DNA of 64,000 nucleotides from Minisyncoccota bacterium (GCA_041665625.1 JBAYIK010000001.1:2091-66090), one strand, 5' to 3'. Shown: positions 8,557 to 18,298, counted from the first letter of the stretch. Translations and numbers: made by a program. The notes: generated by a model from the letters alone, not told the origin.

Positions 8557-10347
8557 ATGTTCAAGACGTACGGAGAAGGCTCAAAAGGCCGGAAGGTTGA
8601 GGATTTGGAGCAATACGCTGAACTGCTCGCCTCCCTGGGAATGAAGATTCCTGGCGGGTTGGTGATTCTGAGTGGCGTGTTTCTTCAGGTTCTGGAGGCA
8701 CTGGGCCTTAACGAGGAGAGTTTCCCCTCGCACTTGGAAACGCAAACGGACTGTCCGGACTACCTGGCGGTGTTTAACCAGGAGATCTTGGACGACATGA
8801 CAATCGGCAGACCCTATGCCATCCGCTCTTCGGCTTTATCGGAGCGTGGCGGTACGGGTATCTACCACTCAACGTTCTTTGTTCCCCGTGGTGATCGCGA
8901 CCGTGATTTGCAATTGCTGTGGGAGAAAGAGCGTGACGTCTATGCCAGTGAACTCTCGGGGAATGCCCGAGCCTGGCGCGAGAAGAGCAAGGCACCGTTC
9001 GGAATGGCCATCTTTGTCCAACCCGTGTCCGGTTCCGAAGTTGATGGCTGTTGGCTTCCGTCCTTGTCTGGGGTTGCCTATACCTCATATCAAGGTCTGC
9101 CGACCGTTCGTCTGGTTGTCGGTCTTGGTACCCAAGCGGTCTCTGGTTGTGGCATTGTCGGCCACGAAAGTCCGGGCTTGGGCCAAGATGACTTCTTGCA
9201 CTTTCAGCGTGCCGTCTGGGATCTCGATGAGGCCGACATGATTGAACTCGGGACCGGGGATCTTGGTCAGATGAGAAGCCACTCGGAAATTATCCATGGC
9301 CAAATCGCCGAAGGCTACGAGGCTTTCTGTGGCTTGTTCGAGAAATTGTGGGAACTCAAGGATCACGGCGACTTCAGCTTGGAGTGGGCTCTGTCGGGGC
9401 CAGATTTGGACATCGTCCAGTGTGCGCCCTACGAGGACAAATTGCCTGGTGACATGTCCATCGACAAAAGCCGTTATTTCCTGTTCGTCAACGGGACCGA
9501 CGTCTTCAACTCTGGACGGAATGTCTGCCGAGCGGTGGTCTATGTCTACCATTGGTCGCCAATCGTGGCCAGTCGTCTTGAGAACCTCAACCGCCAACTG
9601 GCGGGGACCAACTATCTACTGATCGTTCCGCAGAAGGCGACCTCTCTATTGGCCAGCCTTGAGCGAGACGAGAAGACCCGGGAGGTTGGGAAACGGCTTG
9701 AATTCCGTCATTTCAGCAATGCCGGAGTCGTCATAGAGAAGCAACAACACCTGAGTGAGGACCAGAAAGAGGCCATGCGTCTCATGCGGATGAACACGGC
9801 GGACCATTCTGGCGGAGTGGGAGCCTCGCACTTCCAACAGCTCTGTTCGCGGAGTGACATTCTCTTTGTCGGAGCAACCTTTGATCCTTACTCGCTCTTC
9901 AATCTGCCCGGAGAAATGAGGTATGGCGATCCTGTAGACATCTCTGTCTGGTCGACTGAAGCAGTGGGCTTGGTTGATGGTGAGAAGAAGGAAGGCTATG
10001 TCTACCTGAGCAAAGAAGGCAAGTCGACTCGCTATCAGCCGGAACAGGTTCAAGAGTATTCAATGGCGATGAGGCAAGCGGCTCTCAATCTTGAAAGCTC
10101 AGGCCAAAAGAAACTGGTCAGCGCTCTCTACTCTGTCCACTACGCCATTGGTTCTGATGAGGGGCCGGTCCAGTTCGATCCGTTCAGTCTGGATGAAGAA
10201 ATTGTCGGAGAGCGTGGTCTCGACGGTCTCCGCCAGGATGTGCAAGTGGTGATTTCGGGCGTCGGCTCTGTCTCGAGATATGTCCCCGATATTTGGCGGA
10301 GCGAATTCCGTCAGTATCTGGAAGACTTGCGGGCCCATCTCAGTTAG
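8557..10347 (+). CDS. PEP/pyruvate-binding (PPDK N-terminal ATP-grasp) domain protein
   Basis: IPGGLVI, YAIRSSA.SE..G.GIYHS, MAIFVQPV, SGVAY, GLGT motifs; GGAGG SD; GC-richer than flanks. Confidence 0.75.
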   Translation: MFKTYGEGSKGRKVEDLEQYAELLASLGMKIPGGLVILSGVFLQVLEALGLNEESFPSHLETQTDCPDYLAVFNQEILDDMTIGRPYAIRSSALSERGGTGIYHSTFFVPRGDRDRDLQLLWEKERDVYASELSGNARAWREKSKAPFGMAIFVQPVSGSEVDGCWLPSLSGVAYTSYQGLPTVRLVVGLGTQAVSGCGIVGHESPGLGQDDFLHFQRAVWDLDEADMIELGTGDLGQMRSHSEIIHGQIAEGYEAFCGLFEKLWELKDHGDFSLEWALSGPDLDIVQCAPYEDKLPGDMSIDKSRYFLFVNGTDVFNSGRNVCRAVVYVYHWSPIVASRLENLNRQLAGTNYLLIVPQKATSLLASLERDEKTREVGKRLEFRHFSNAGVVIEKQQHLSEDQKEAMRLMRMNTADHSGGVGASHFQQLCSRSDILFVGATFDPYSLFNLPGEMRYGDPVDISVWSTEAVGLVDGEKKEGYVYLSKEGKSTRYQPEQVQEYSMAMRQAALNLESSGQKKLVSALYSVHYAIGSDEGPVQFDPFSLDEEIVGERGLDGLRQDVQVVISGVGSVSRYVPDIWRSEFRQYLEDLRAHLS

Positions 10348-10368
10348 CAGAAACAAGCTCGTGTGAAC

Positions 10369-10398
10369 ATGCCCGTCAGACTTCGGTTTGGCGGGCAT
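10369..10398 (+). terminator. Intrinsic terminator-like hairpin
   Basis: ATGCCCGTCAGAC-TTCG-GTTTGGCGGGCAT with cUUCGg loop. Confidence 0.65.
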
Positions 10399-10439
10399 TA
10401 GTGTTTTAATTATAAGATCAAATTTAGTGTTACCAGTTT

Positions 10440-10493
10440 ATCGTCTTTATCGTCCTATCGTCGAGAGCAGACGATACTGACGGTAGAGACGAT
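10440..10493 (+). repeat. Long hairpin built from ATCGTC/GACGAT units
   Basis: Three ATCGTC units face GACGAT, GACGGT, GACGAT across a 7-nt loop. Confidence 0.7.
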
Positions 10494-10777
10494 GTTTCGG
10501 GAGGATTAAGTGTTTGGTGGCTTGTCTTCCTTCAGATCGGGGATGATTACTGTGCTTACAAAAGTGCCATAATACCATTGCCACTTTTTAATATATTTTT
10601 CTAAGGTGTTCCAAGTAAATTCTTTCTTGTGCACAGGAGCAAGCAAGCGGCTTTGCTTACTTAGTATATTTGTGTTAGAACTAGCTCGGAAGCTTAGATG
10701 TTATTTGTCATGGAAAGTAGGAAAAAACAACTCAGAACAAAGACCTCATTGAGGCAAAAAGAGGAGAGACCTGTCTT

Positions 10778-12043
10778 ATGATGCCCCAAGCATTTCAGGA
10801 GCGACTCTTTCCCTGTTTGGAGGAAGTTGCTCGACACTACAAAACGCCTTTCCACGTCTATGATGAGGACGGAATCAGGCAAACCTGCCGAGAGATGAAA
10901 GGGTTACTCGGCCAAGTCTCGAAGTATCGCAATTTCTTTGCAGTCAAAGCTCTGCCCAACCCGGCAATCATGAAGATTGTTCTGGACGAAGGTTTCGGCT
11001 TTGATTGCTCGAGCGTTCCCGAATTGACGTTGGCCCGCAATGCCGGCGCCAAGCCGGACGAGATAATGTTCACCTCGAACAATACCTCATCACTTGAATA
11101 CAGTTGGGCCATGATGAATGGTGGCTGTATCCTCAATCTCGATGACTTGTCGTTCGTCCCCAAGGTCCCGAAGATGCCAGAGCTCATCTGCTTTCGGTAT
11201 AATCCTGGACCTCTGAGGGGCGGCAACGAGATTATCGGCGAGCCCGAAGAGGCCAAATACGGTGTGCGCGACGATCAGATTGTCGAGGCTTACCGCCAGG
11301 CCCGCGAACGTGGCGCTCGAAGGTTCGGCCTTCACACTATGATATGTTCCAACCAGCGTGACTACACATATATGTTGGTCACGGTTGGGATGATTCTGGG
11401 TGTGGCCAAGAGGTTGAAGGACGAGCTCGGTATCGAAGTCGAATTCGTGAACATTGGGGGAGGCTTCGGCATCCCCTACAAACCGACCGACGAGACCTTC
11501 AACCTGCAGGCTTTTGCCGAAGAGGCGAAGCTTGTCTTCGACGAGTTCGAGCAAGACAATGGCTGGCGTCCCGAACTATTCACTGAATGTGGCCGTTATG
11601 TTACGGGCCCGCACGGGGTGCTTGTCACTTCGGTGATCAACCGAATGGACAAGTATCTCCAGTTTGTGGGGGTAGACGCCTGTATGTCGGCGCTCATGCG
11701 TCCGGCGTTGTACGATGCCTATCACCACATCTACGTGCCTGGCCACGAAGATCGCCCTCTCGAGACCGTCAATGTCGTTGGCTCGCTTTGCGAGAACAAC
11801 GACCAGTTTGCCAAACAGCGGACCTTGCCGGTAACACGCGAGGGCGACTTGCTCGTCATCGCCAACACTGGTGCTCACGGTTTGGCCATGGGTTTCAACT
11901 ACAACGGACGCAAACGGACGAAGGAACTGTTGCGTCGGACAGATGAGACATTCGAACTTATTCGTCGCGAAGAAAGGGACGAAGACCTCTTCGCGACCTT
12001 AAGCTTCGGTTACAACAACACGTTCAAACCGACCCGAGCCTAG
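10778..12043 (+). CDS. lysA: Diaminopimelate decarboxylase
   Basis: TPFHVYDE, FAVKALPN (PLP lysine), GFDCSS, NIGGGFG, ECGRY, VVGSLCENND, GAHG.AMGFNYNG. Confidence 0.93.
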   Translation: MMPQAFQERLFPCLEEVARHYKTPFHVYDEDGIRQTCREMKGLLGQVSKYRNFFAVKALPNPAIMKIVLDEGFGFDCSSVPELTLARNAGAKPDEIMFTSNNTSSLEYSWAMMNGGCILNLDDLSFVPKVPKMPELICFRYNPGPLRGGNEIIGEPEEAKYGVRDDQIVEAYRQARERGARRFGLHTMICSNQRDYTYMLVTVGMILGVAKRLKDELGIEVEFVNIGGGFGIPYKPTDETFNLQAFAEEAKLVFDEFEQDNGWRPELFTECGRYVTGPHGVLVTSVINRMDKYLQFVGVDACMSALMRPALYDAYHHIYVPGHEDRPLETVNVVGSLCENNDQFAKQRTLPVTREGDLLVIANTGAHGLAMGFNYNGRKRTKELLRRTDETFELIRREERDEDLFATLSFGYNNTFKPTRA

Positions 12044-12071
12044 CTCGGAAGTTGTAAGAAAGGAAAAGGTT

Positions 12072-13271
12072 ATGCAATTCGAATCGTGGCTACCCAAAGG
12101 AGGAGCCAATCTCTTCCAGACCATTAAGAAAGTCTGCCAAGAGGCAGAGGCCGGTGGGCAGAAACTGTACCGTCTGTCCATCGGCCAGCCCCCTGGTCCG
12201 GCACTGGAGTCGGCACGTAATTATTGTGCCAATTCCGTTCTGATGACCGAAGACTGTTGGCACGAGTATCAGGACAACACGTTCCTGCCATACCCCGATT
12301 GGGCGATGCGTTTCTGCCAGGCCCACACGCCTCGCGTCAACTTGAAGGGTTATGGTGCCGAGCTCGACTACCTACCCATCCCGGGCATCAAGCCGATGCT
12401 GGGTCTGGTGATGTTGGCCTGTGGCGCCGAGCAGAAGCGTCAAGACCTTCATGTGATGAGCATGACCGCTCCGGGCTATCCTGTCCCCAGAGATTGGGCC
12501 GGCTATCTCGGCGTGACCCACGGATCCTTCAGTCTCAATCCGAAGAATGCCTTCCTTCCCGATCTGGAAGACGAGGAGAGTATCTTCCGGATTGACCTCG
12601 CGATGATGAACCTGCCCCACAATCCGTCGGGGCAGATCGCCACTTACGAATTTTGGCGGGAAGTTTGCGAATTCTGCTCCAAGAAGGGGATTCGTCTCGT
12701 CAATGATGGTGCTTACCTGGCACTGTCCCACGACAAGCGCAGCCGGGCCTTGGCCGAAGTGGCCGTGGATTTCCCGGGACTGGAGTGGATCGAACTCTTC
12801 TCGGCGTCCAAATCAATCGCGAACGGGACGGGCTGGCGCATTGGAGGCATGGTCGGCTCGCCCGATTTTGTCAACGACATCAAGAAGATAAAAGGGAACA
12901 CCGACTCCGGCTTCTTTGCCCCCGCGGCCGCCGGTGCCTTGTTTGCCCTTGAGAACGATCAGGCGGGTGTCGCTGGAGTTGGTCGCTTGTACGAAGAGCG
13001 GCTCAAACTTCTTGTCCCGATCTTGAAGGAACGGGGACTTCGTTTGGCGGTTGACCCCGGTGCCGGTTTCTTCTCCCTTTGGGAGTCGCCCAAGTACGCC
13101 TTCGGCCGGGAAATGAAGAATGCCGAAGACTTCAACCTCAGTCTGATTCGGGAAACCGGTATCGTCGGTGTGCATTTCGACCCGTATATCCGCTTTGCGG
13201 TGTGCGGGCCGATAGAGAACTGGATCGTCCCGATCACACAGGCCTTTGAGAAGGCCAACGTTTCCTACTGA
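12072..13271 (+). CDS. dapL: Class I/II PLP aminotransferase, probably LL-diaminopimelate aminotransferase
   Basis: LSIGQP, PGYPV, NLPHNPSG, NDGAY, SASKS..TGWRIG, NTDSG; adjacent to lysA. Confidence 0.7.
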   Translation: MQFESWLPKGGANLFQTIKKVCQEAEAGGQKLYRLSIGQPPGPALESARNYCANSVLMTEDCWHEYQDNTFLPYPDWAMRFCQAHTPRVNLKGYGAELDYLPIPGIKPMLGLVMLACGAEQKRQDLHVMSMTAPGYPVPRDWAGYLGVTHGSFSLNPKNAFLPDLEDEESIFRIDLAMMNLPHNPSGQIATYEFWREVCEFCSKKGIRLVNDGAYLALSHDKRSRALAEVAVDFPGLEWIELFSASKSIANGTGWRIGGMVGSPDFVNDIKKIKGNTDSGFFAPAAAGALFALENDQAGVAGVGRLYEERLKLLVPILKERGLRLAVDPGAGFFSLWESPKYAFGREMKNAEDFNLSLIRETGIVGVHFDPYIRFAVCGPIENWIVPITQAFEKANVSY

Positions 13272-13306
13272 CCTTGAAATGAAGCGGTGAACCATCACCA
13301 TGACCG

Positions 13307-13340
13307 AAACCCTGGAGCAGCGCTCCAGGGTTTTACTTTT
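13307..13340 (+). terminator. Intrinsic terminator
   Basis: AAACCCTGGAGC-AGC-GCTCCAGGGTTT followed by a T-tract. Confidence 0.85.
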
Positions 13341-13422
13341 TTATTTTTCAAAATATTTTAAAAGAGGGGTTGTCCACAGTTTTTCTTTCTCTTATTTTTT
13401 ATAAGGAATATAATAAGAAGCA

Positions 13423-15624
13423 ATGAGTGAAGATTTCTCAAAAGGACTTTTGTCCGATGACGCCGAACAAAAATTAAAAGATGCAATTGCCGCTGCCGGC
13501 TTGTCTCCTTCAGGGACACCTGGCGTTGTTGAAACTCCAAGCACTCCAGTTGTTGAGTCTATTAAACCTGAATCTGGTGAAGGTGGTGAAACACATGAGG
13601 ATCCGATGGGCGGAACTCGTTTTGATGAATTCAAAGATCCATTTTCTGAACTTGGACTTAAAGATGATGGTCCTTTAATGATGACTGAACCAGAGGCTCC
13701 AACTAAAGCCCCGGTTGAAGTTGTTCCATCTCCCGCTGGTCCAGAACAAGATATCCAGAATAAAAGAGCAAGAATCGATGAAATAAACAAAGCTGTCAAA
13801 AATGGCACGGCCAGTAGCTTTTATGGGTTCAGTCCTAATTGGGAAGAGATGGCTAACTTTGAAGTTACAAAGTTGGAGAATGAAATTCGTGAATTAGAAA
13901 AAGGAGAGACAGCTCCGACGGAAGCGCCTGTTGAGAAAACCCCAGAACCCTGGGTTGATATTTCCGAGCCTGAACCACCAACTCAATACGAAGACTTGCC
14001 AGATGCTTCGTCAAAAGCGCCAGAGGTTAATACCCCAGCAACTGAACCGTGGGTTGATATTTCTGAGCCTGAGCCACCTGTTCACTATGAAGACATTCCT
14101 GATACTCCACCAAAGGCTCCCGAAGTTGTTCAACCTGTGCCAGAGGGTCCCATTGATTATTCCAAACAAGCTCAGGCTGCTCGTGATCGCTTGAAAGCTG
14201 CTGGCTATCTTGACGCCGATACTGCTTGGAAAAATAAACCGATAGAGGGTATTAGTAAATTAGCTGAAACAGAAAAAAGGCTTAAAGAGACAAGAGAATT
14301 TCGAGAGCAGATTGCTAAGCTTGAAGAACAGTTGAGGCAAATGAGAGAGAGACTGGAGAGAGAAGAAATAACTCCAGAAACTCCAGTTGAAGTTCCTCCA
14401 GCACCTCCGGTAACACCAGAAGTTCCGCCAACTGAACGACCAATTGGCCCGTCTGCTGTGAATGCTGCCCTTGAAGAATATCGCTTAGAAAATTTGGCTG
14501 AACTCAATCGACTAAGAGCTAAAAGAGAAGGCCGAGAAGCGGCTTCCGGAGCAAGCCTTTGGGAGCGGGCTAAGGATAAAGGCCCTCGAGTTTATAGCTG
14601 GCTTAAAGAAAGAGCCAAAGGTTTAGCGACTTTTGGTTATTGGGAAGTACGTCAAGCGGAGAAAGTCAGAAAGGCGGGGACTGAAGTGGTTGATGTCATG
14701 GAAGCCGGTACCGGAGCAATCAGGCAAGAAGCTTTTACTGATGAAGACCGAGAATTAATCAAGAGGCGCTTGCGTGAGTCCGGCAACGATGTTGAGAATA
14801 TGTCTGATGAACAACTTCAGATTACTTACGACTGGCTTGAGGGGTCTATTGTGGGAGAAAAGAAAGAAGCCAATCAACAAATTGAAGACCGCTTAGTTGA
14901 AGAGTCCATTAAGAAAATTGAAGATCGCCTAAGAGGAAGAATGGGCACCGGTGGTTACCGTACTTTTGGTGGTGAGGCCGTCTTAGAGAATGGTTATCTA
15001 CCTGAAGCTAAAGCAGAAGAGATTAGAGCTAAATTGCGTGGTGCAATTGGCGCTTTAAGAACATCCCAAATTGATCGTGATATCATTAACTATGGCAAGT
15101 TGGTCCGTGGGAGCATTGATCCTAAATGGTATAAGCGTTATGTTGCTGGTGGTGTTGAGGCCGCCCTTGGTTTTGCCTTGGTTAATTGGGTGGTGATGCC
15201 CGCTGTTACTGGTTGGGCTAAAGCTAAATTTGCCGCTGGTGCTGTTAAAGAAGGGGTTAAACAAGTTGTTGCTAGTCCTGATAATATTCTTAGCCTCCCT
15301 ACTGATGTAGGTATTCCGCCAGATGCAGCGAGTGAGCTGGTGGGGATGACGCCTGGACCTGAAGAAGTGATGGCCCCGCTCAAAGATAATCTTTGGAGTA
15401 TGGGTAAGGGAATTTTGCAGCAACAAGGCATTGCCGATCCAACCAATGGCCAGATTATGGAGGTGACCAAGCAATTAGCTCTTGATAACCAGACTTCTGT
15501 TGCTAAGTGGGGCCTAAGTGCGAGCAAGTGGATTGACTCTATGATGCCTAGCGGTTTACCAATTCATATTGGTGGAGCTTTGCGTGTGGCTAGTGTTGCG
15601 GCTAGAGTGGCCGGTGTTATGTAA
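13423..15624 (+). CDS. Large acidic Pro/Glu-rich protein with internal repeat, coiled coils and one hydrophobic segment
   Basis: 733-aa ORF; EPWVDISEPEPP repeated twice; hydrophobic GVEAALGFALVNWVVMPAV. Confidence 0.8.
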   Translation: MSEDFSKGLLSDDAEQKLKDAIAAAGLSPSGTPGVVETPSTPVVESIKPESGEGGETHEDPMGGTRFDEFKDPFSELGLKDDGPLMMTEPEAPTKAPVEVVPSPAGPEQDIQNKRARIDEINKAVKNGTASSFYGFSPNWEEMANFEVTKLENEIRELEKGETAPTEAPVEKTPEPWVDISEPEPPTQYEDLPDASSKAPEVNTPATEPWVDISEPEPPVHYEDIPDTPPKAPEVVQPVPEGPIDYSKQAQAARDRLKAAGYLDADTAWKNKPIEGISKLAETEKRLKETREFREQIAKLEEQLRQMRERLEREEITPETPVEVPPAPPVTPEVPPTERPIGPSAVNAALEEYRLENLAELNRLRAKREGREAASGASLWERAKDKGPRVYSWLKERAKGLATFGYWEVRQAEKVRKAGTEVVDVMEAGTGAIRQEAFTDEDRELIKRRLRESGNDVENMSDEQLQITYDWLEGSIVGEKKEANQQIEDRLVEESIKKIEDRLRGRMGTGGYRTFGGEAVLENGYLPEAKAEEIRAKLRGAIGALRTSQIDRDIINYGKLVRGSIDPKWYKRYVAGGVEAALGFALVNWVVMPAVTGWAKAKFAAGAVKEGVKQVVASPDNILSLPTDVGIPPDAASELVGMTPGPEEVMAPLKDNLWSMGKGILQQQGIADPTNGQIMEVTKQLALDNQTSVAKWGLSASKWIDSMMPSGLPIHIGGALRVASVAARVAGVM
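13945..14128 (+). repeat. Intragenic tandem duplication, 99-bp period
   Basis: GAACCCTGGGTTGATATTTCCGAGCCTGAACCACC at 13945 and GAACCGTGGGTTGATATTTCTGAGCCTGAGCCACC at 14044. Confidence 0.8.
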
Positions 15625-15664
15625 ATTAAGTGTTCGATAAATTCAAAAAATAAAAAAATATATT

Positions 15665-16003
15665 ATGGATGATCAAGTTATAACTAAGGCCAAACATTTA
15701 GGCCAACTCTTAGCTAAGAGCCCTCTTGATATTGAACTTAAGATCACGATTTTAGAAAATTTGTCTAAGATGCCTGAGAAATATCTTGACGCTCTAATTG
15801 TTTCTCTTGAGAACGAGGCGAAGGGGATTGAGATTTTATTGAAGGAAGCTGATGTTTTTCTCAAGACTCAAGATGACGACTGGGCAAAAGTTGAGGCTGA
15901 CCAGACCGCTTTGGCTGACAAAATGACCGAAGAAATCATTGGTGAAGTTGTTAAAGAAGACCAAATAAACGCGGTTAAAGCCAATATTGTGAGTAGCCTC
16001 TAG
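15665..16003 (+). CDS. Small helical hypothetical protein, paralogous to 29469..29657
   Basis: KAKHLGQLLAKSPLDIELKITILENL similar to KAQRLGQLLANSTTLDLDQKMRILGLL. Confidence 0.75.
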   Translation: MDDQVITKAKHLGQLLAKSPLDIELKITILENLSKMPEKYLDALIVSLENEAKGIEILLKEADVFLKTQDDDWAKVEADQTALADKMTEEIIGEVVKEDQINAVKANIVSSL

Positions 16004-16151
16004 TTTTTTGACCATATTCCAATAAAGAACACCACCTTGACAAATTGTCAAGTATGGTATATAATAGATGTAGATAGTACAAGCAGGCATTGTGGCCTGT
16101 TTTTGCTTAATATTTTTGTTGTTTTGACAGAGGAATAAAGGAAGGAAAGAA

Positions 16152-16433
16152 ATGAAGAAAAACGCTCTGATTACCGCCTTGGTGGTCTTGTTGCTCGTGG
16201 CTGGGATGATTATTCTCCAGCTCTGGCCCAAGACCTCTTCGGTGGAAAAGACGTCCGCCCCGGTGGTGACGAAAGTTGCCGCCCCTGCTCCCGAGCCGCC
16301 GGCACTTGTGCCTGCGTCTCTACCTGTCTCGACCCCGGCGCCTGTCGCGCCGATGTCGAAGGTTGACGAGAAGTTGTCAAAACTGCACTTCGGATTGTCT
16401 TCTGATGTGCAGCCGATAAATGTCGTAAAGTAA
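16152..16433 (+). CDS. Small membrane-anchored Pro-rich protein
   Basis: N-terminal hydrophobic helix; upstream TTGACA...TATAAT promoter and purine-rich SD. Confidence 0.65.
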   Translation: MKKNALITALVVLLLVAGMIILQLWPKTSSVEKTSAPVVTKVAAPAPEPPALVPASLPVSTPAPVAPMSKVDEKLSKLHFGLSSDVQPINVVK

Positions 16434-16450
16434 ACGTGAAGGAGAAGATC

Positions 16451-17509
16451 ATGAAGAAGGCAACGTTGATTTGGGTTCTGGCGGCCATGATGTCCATCTC
16501 GGCCTGGGCTGGTGGGTATACCGACGCCGAGCGCGTCGCCGATGCGTTCGCTTCGGTGGATGTCAACCAGTATGAGGGGCAGTTCGGGTTTACCCGTTTG
16601 CTTCCCAACGGTACGTCCAGCGATGTCCGGGGAGACTTTTCCCTCGACGCCAACGGCAAGATACCTCGCCTCGTCATTGATGGGGTGTCGGTGGTCAACT
16701 GGGGCGACGAACCCCTTGGCGGCTTGCCCGTCAACAAACTCGGCAGTGCCACCAACTACTGGCTCAGGCTGGATGGTTGGGATGGCAAAGCCGGAAGGTT
16801 CGCCATCTACGGTTGGTTCAGTACCGTTCTGCTTGAGCCCAAAGACCGAATCACCGTTGAACTGAACCTTGCGTACGTCGAAGCGTTTGTGGCTTTCGAT
16901 GCCGCCGACTATGACTCTTCGCGTCTTGTGCTTCGCTACAGTAATGGAGAGTCCGGTTATGACACTTCGCGGGGAGGTTTCGTCCTATGGATTGACCCCG
17001 CCGCGAGCGATGTTTCGTATGACATTGTCGATACAGGCATTAGCCAAGTCGTTGCCAGTGGTACGCTCCAGTCGGGTGTTGCCGAGGACAATGTCATCAA
17101 CAAGTTTATGCCGGCCGGAGTGCGAGAATTGTTCCCGGTGGGCCAAGACTTTGTGTCCTTACATGACCAGTGGTTTGGCTCGTCCATTCTGCGGAACGAG
17201 GCGTGGGTCCCTGCTCAGATCTATATCGCTCGCGCCTACGGCAGTGCCCTGACCCTTGAACCGAGTGGTACGGCTGTTGGTCGAGTCGAAGTTTATGCAG
17301 TCGACGATGACCGCAACCGCACGCTCGTTTCCGAGTTGGACATCCCTGTCCCCGTCTCGGTTGGCAAGGGTGGTGGTGTCGAAACCCGTCCGATCCTCAA
17401 TGTTCCCGCCGGGTACGAGAACCTGGTCATTGAGTTGATCGGGGCCCCGGATAACTGGGGAAGCTTCGGCATCGTGGCCTACAAGGCCCAACAGGGTGGC
17501 CGCGGTTAA
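16451..17509 (+). CDS. Secreted beta-rich hypothetical protein
   Basis: GGAGA SD, signal peptide MKKATLIWVLAAMMSISAWA, GC-rich codons. Confidence 0.75.
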   Translation: MKKATLIWVLAAMMSISAWAGGYTDAERVADAFASVDVNQYEGQFGFTRLLPNGTSSDVRGDFSLDANGKIPRLVIDGVSVVNWGDEPLGGLPVNKLGSATNYWLRLDGWDGKAGRFAIYGWFSTVLLEPKDRITVELNLAYVEAFVAFDAADYDSSRLVLRYSNGESGYDTSRGGFVLWIDPAASDVSYDIVDTGISQVVASGTLQSGVAEDNVINKFMPAGVRELFPVGQDFVSLHDQWFGSSILRNEAWVPAQIYIARAYGSALTLEPSGTAVGRVEVYAVDDDRNRTLVSELDIPVPVSVGKGGGVETRPILNVPAGYENLVIELIGAPDNWGSFGIVAYKAQQGGRG

Positions 17510-17547
17510 TACCTGGCCCTTCCTTTCAACCTCTAACCTGTAACCCC

Positions 17548-17585
17548 CCGCCTGCTGAGCTTTGCTCGGCAGGCGGTTTCTTTTT
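17548..17585 (+). terminator. Intrinsic terminator
   Basis: CCGCCTGCTGAGC-TTT-GCTCGGCAGGCGG plus T-tract. Confidence 0.8.
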
Positions 17586-17666
17586 GGCTTTACTTAGAAA
17601 GTTTTTAATGTTAGTAATTAGCCAGGTTTGAACAAATATGGGTTTTAACAGAAGAGGAATTAGCTC

Positions 17667-18050
17667 ATGGGTAGGACAGTGGCGTTGCTTCGGACATCAG
17701 AAGGGATCGAAGAGCCGATTCGGATTGGCTTTAATGATCGAAAGTTGTCGGACTGTGATCGGCTAAAAATGGTTTTTGGACACCGGCTGGCTAGGGCTCT
17801 CTGGCTTTCTTTCGGCCGAGGGCAACGCGTTTTCGATCTTGAGAGTTGGTGCCTTAGACTGGCCGTTGAGATTGAAAAGTTGGGATATTTCCCTGAAGCC
17901 TCCGAATTGTACCAAATGGTTAAGATGAGGGCTGAGACCTTGCCTGGCCAAATAGTACTCGACTCTTTCGCGGAATCGAACGTTTTCTTTTCTCGCTTGG
18001 CTGAGGCCCTGCGAGACCCTTTGGCTCCGATCACTTACATTGAGGCTTAA
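17667..18050 (+). CDS. Hypothetical protein (127 aa)
   Basis: GAGGA SD; ends just before a hairpin. Confidence 0.6.
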   Translation: MGRTVALLRTSEGIEEPIRIGFNDRKLSDCDRLKMVFGHRLARALWLSFGRGQRVFDLESWCLRLAVEIEKLGYFPEASELYQMVKMRAETLPGQIVLDSFAESNVFFSRLAEALRDPLAPITYIEA

Positions 18051-18055
18051 TTCAC

Positions 18056-18083
18056 CCCACCGTTGGCCTTGGCTGGCGGTGGG
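18056..18083 (+). terminator. Intrinsic terminator
   Basis: CCCACCGTTGGC...GCTGGCGGTGGG stem with G-U pairs. Confidence 0.6.
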
Positions 18084-18139
18084 ATTTGCCTTTTTGGGCC
18101 TTTTCCTGTATAGTTAGACGGTCCTAAATACATATCATT

Positions 18140-18298
18140 ATGTCACAAGATTTTTTAATCAGATTAAGCTGTAAGACCTGCAAGAGAATTAACTACTGGT
18201 CCAGCAAAAATAAGAAAAAAGTTGAGCGCAAGATTGAGCTCAAGAAATATTGTAAGTGGTGCAAAAAGAACACTACTCACATTGAGACCAAGAAATAA
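18140..18298 (+). CDS. rpmG: 50S ribosomal protein L33 (zinc-binding type), absent from the ORF track
   Basis: MSQDFLIRLSCKTCKRINYWSSKNKKKVERKIELKKYCKWCKKNTTHIETKK. Confidence 0.95.
   Translation: MSQDFLIRLSCKTCKRINYWSSKNKKKVERKIELKKYCKWCKKNTTHIETKK

Noticed and set aside
10494-10777. Lysine riboswitch or SRP RNA upstream of lysA
   Set aside because: Conserved L-box motifs not found; the minus-strand GAAGGAAG similarity to SRP helix 8 lacks supporting pairing
8774-13301. Many overlapping alternative-frame ORFs in GC-rich genes
   Set aside because: Expected from low stop-codon frequency; the main frames carry clear family motifs
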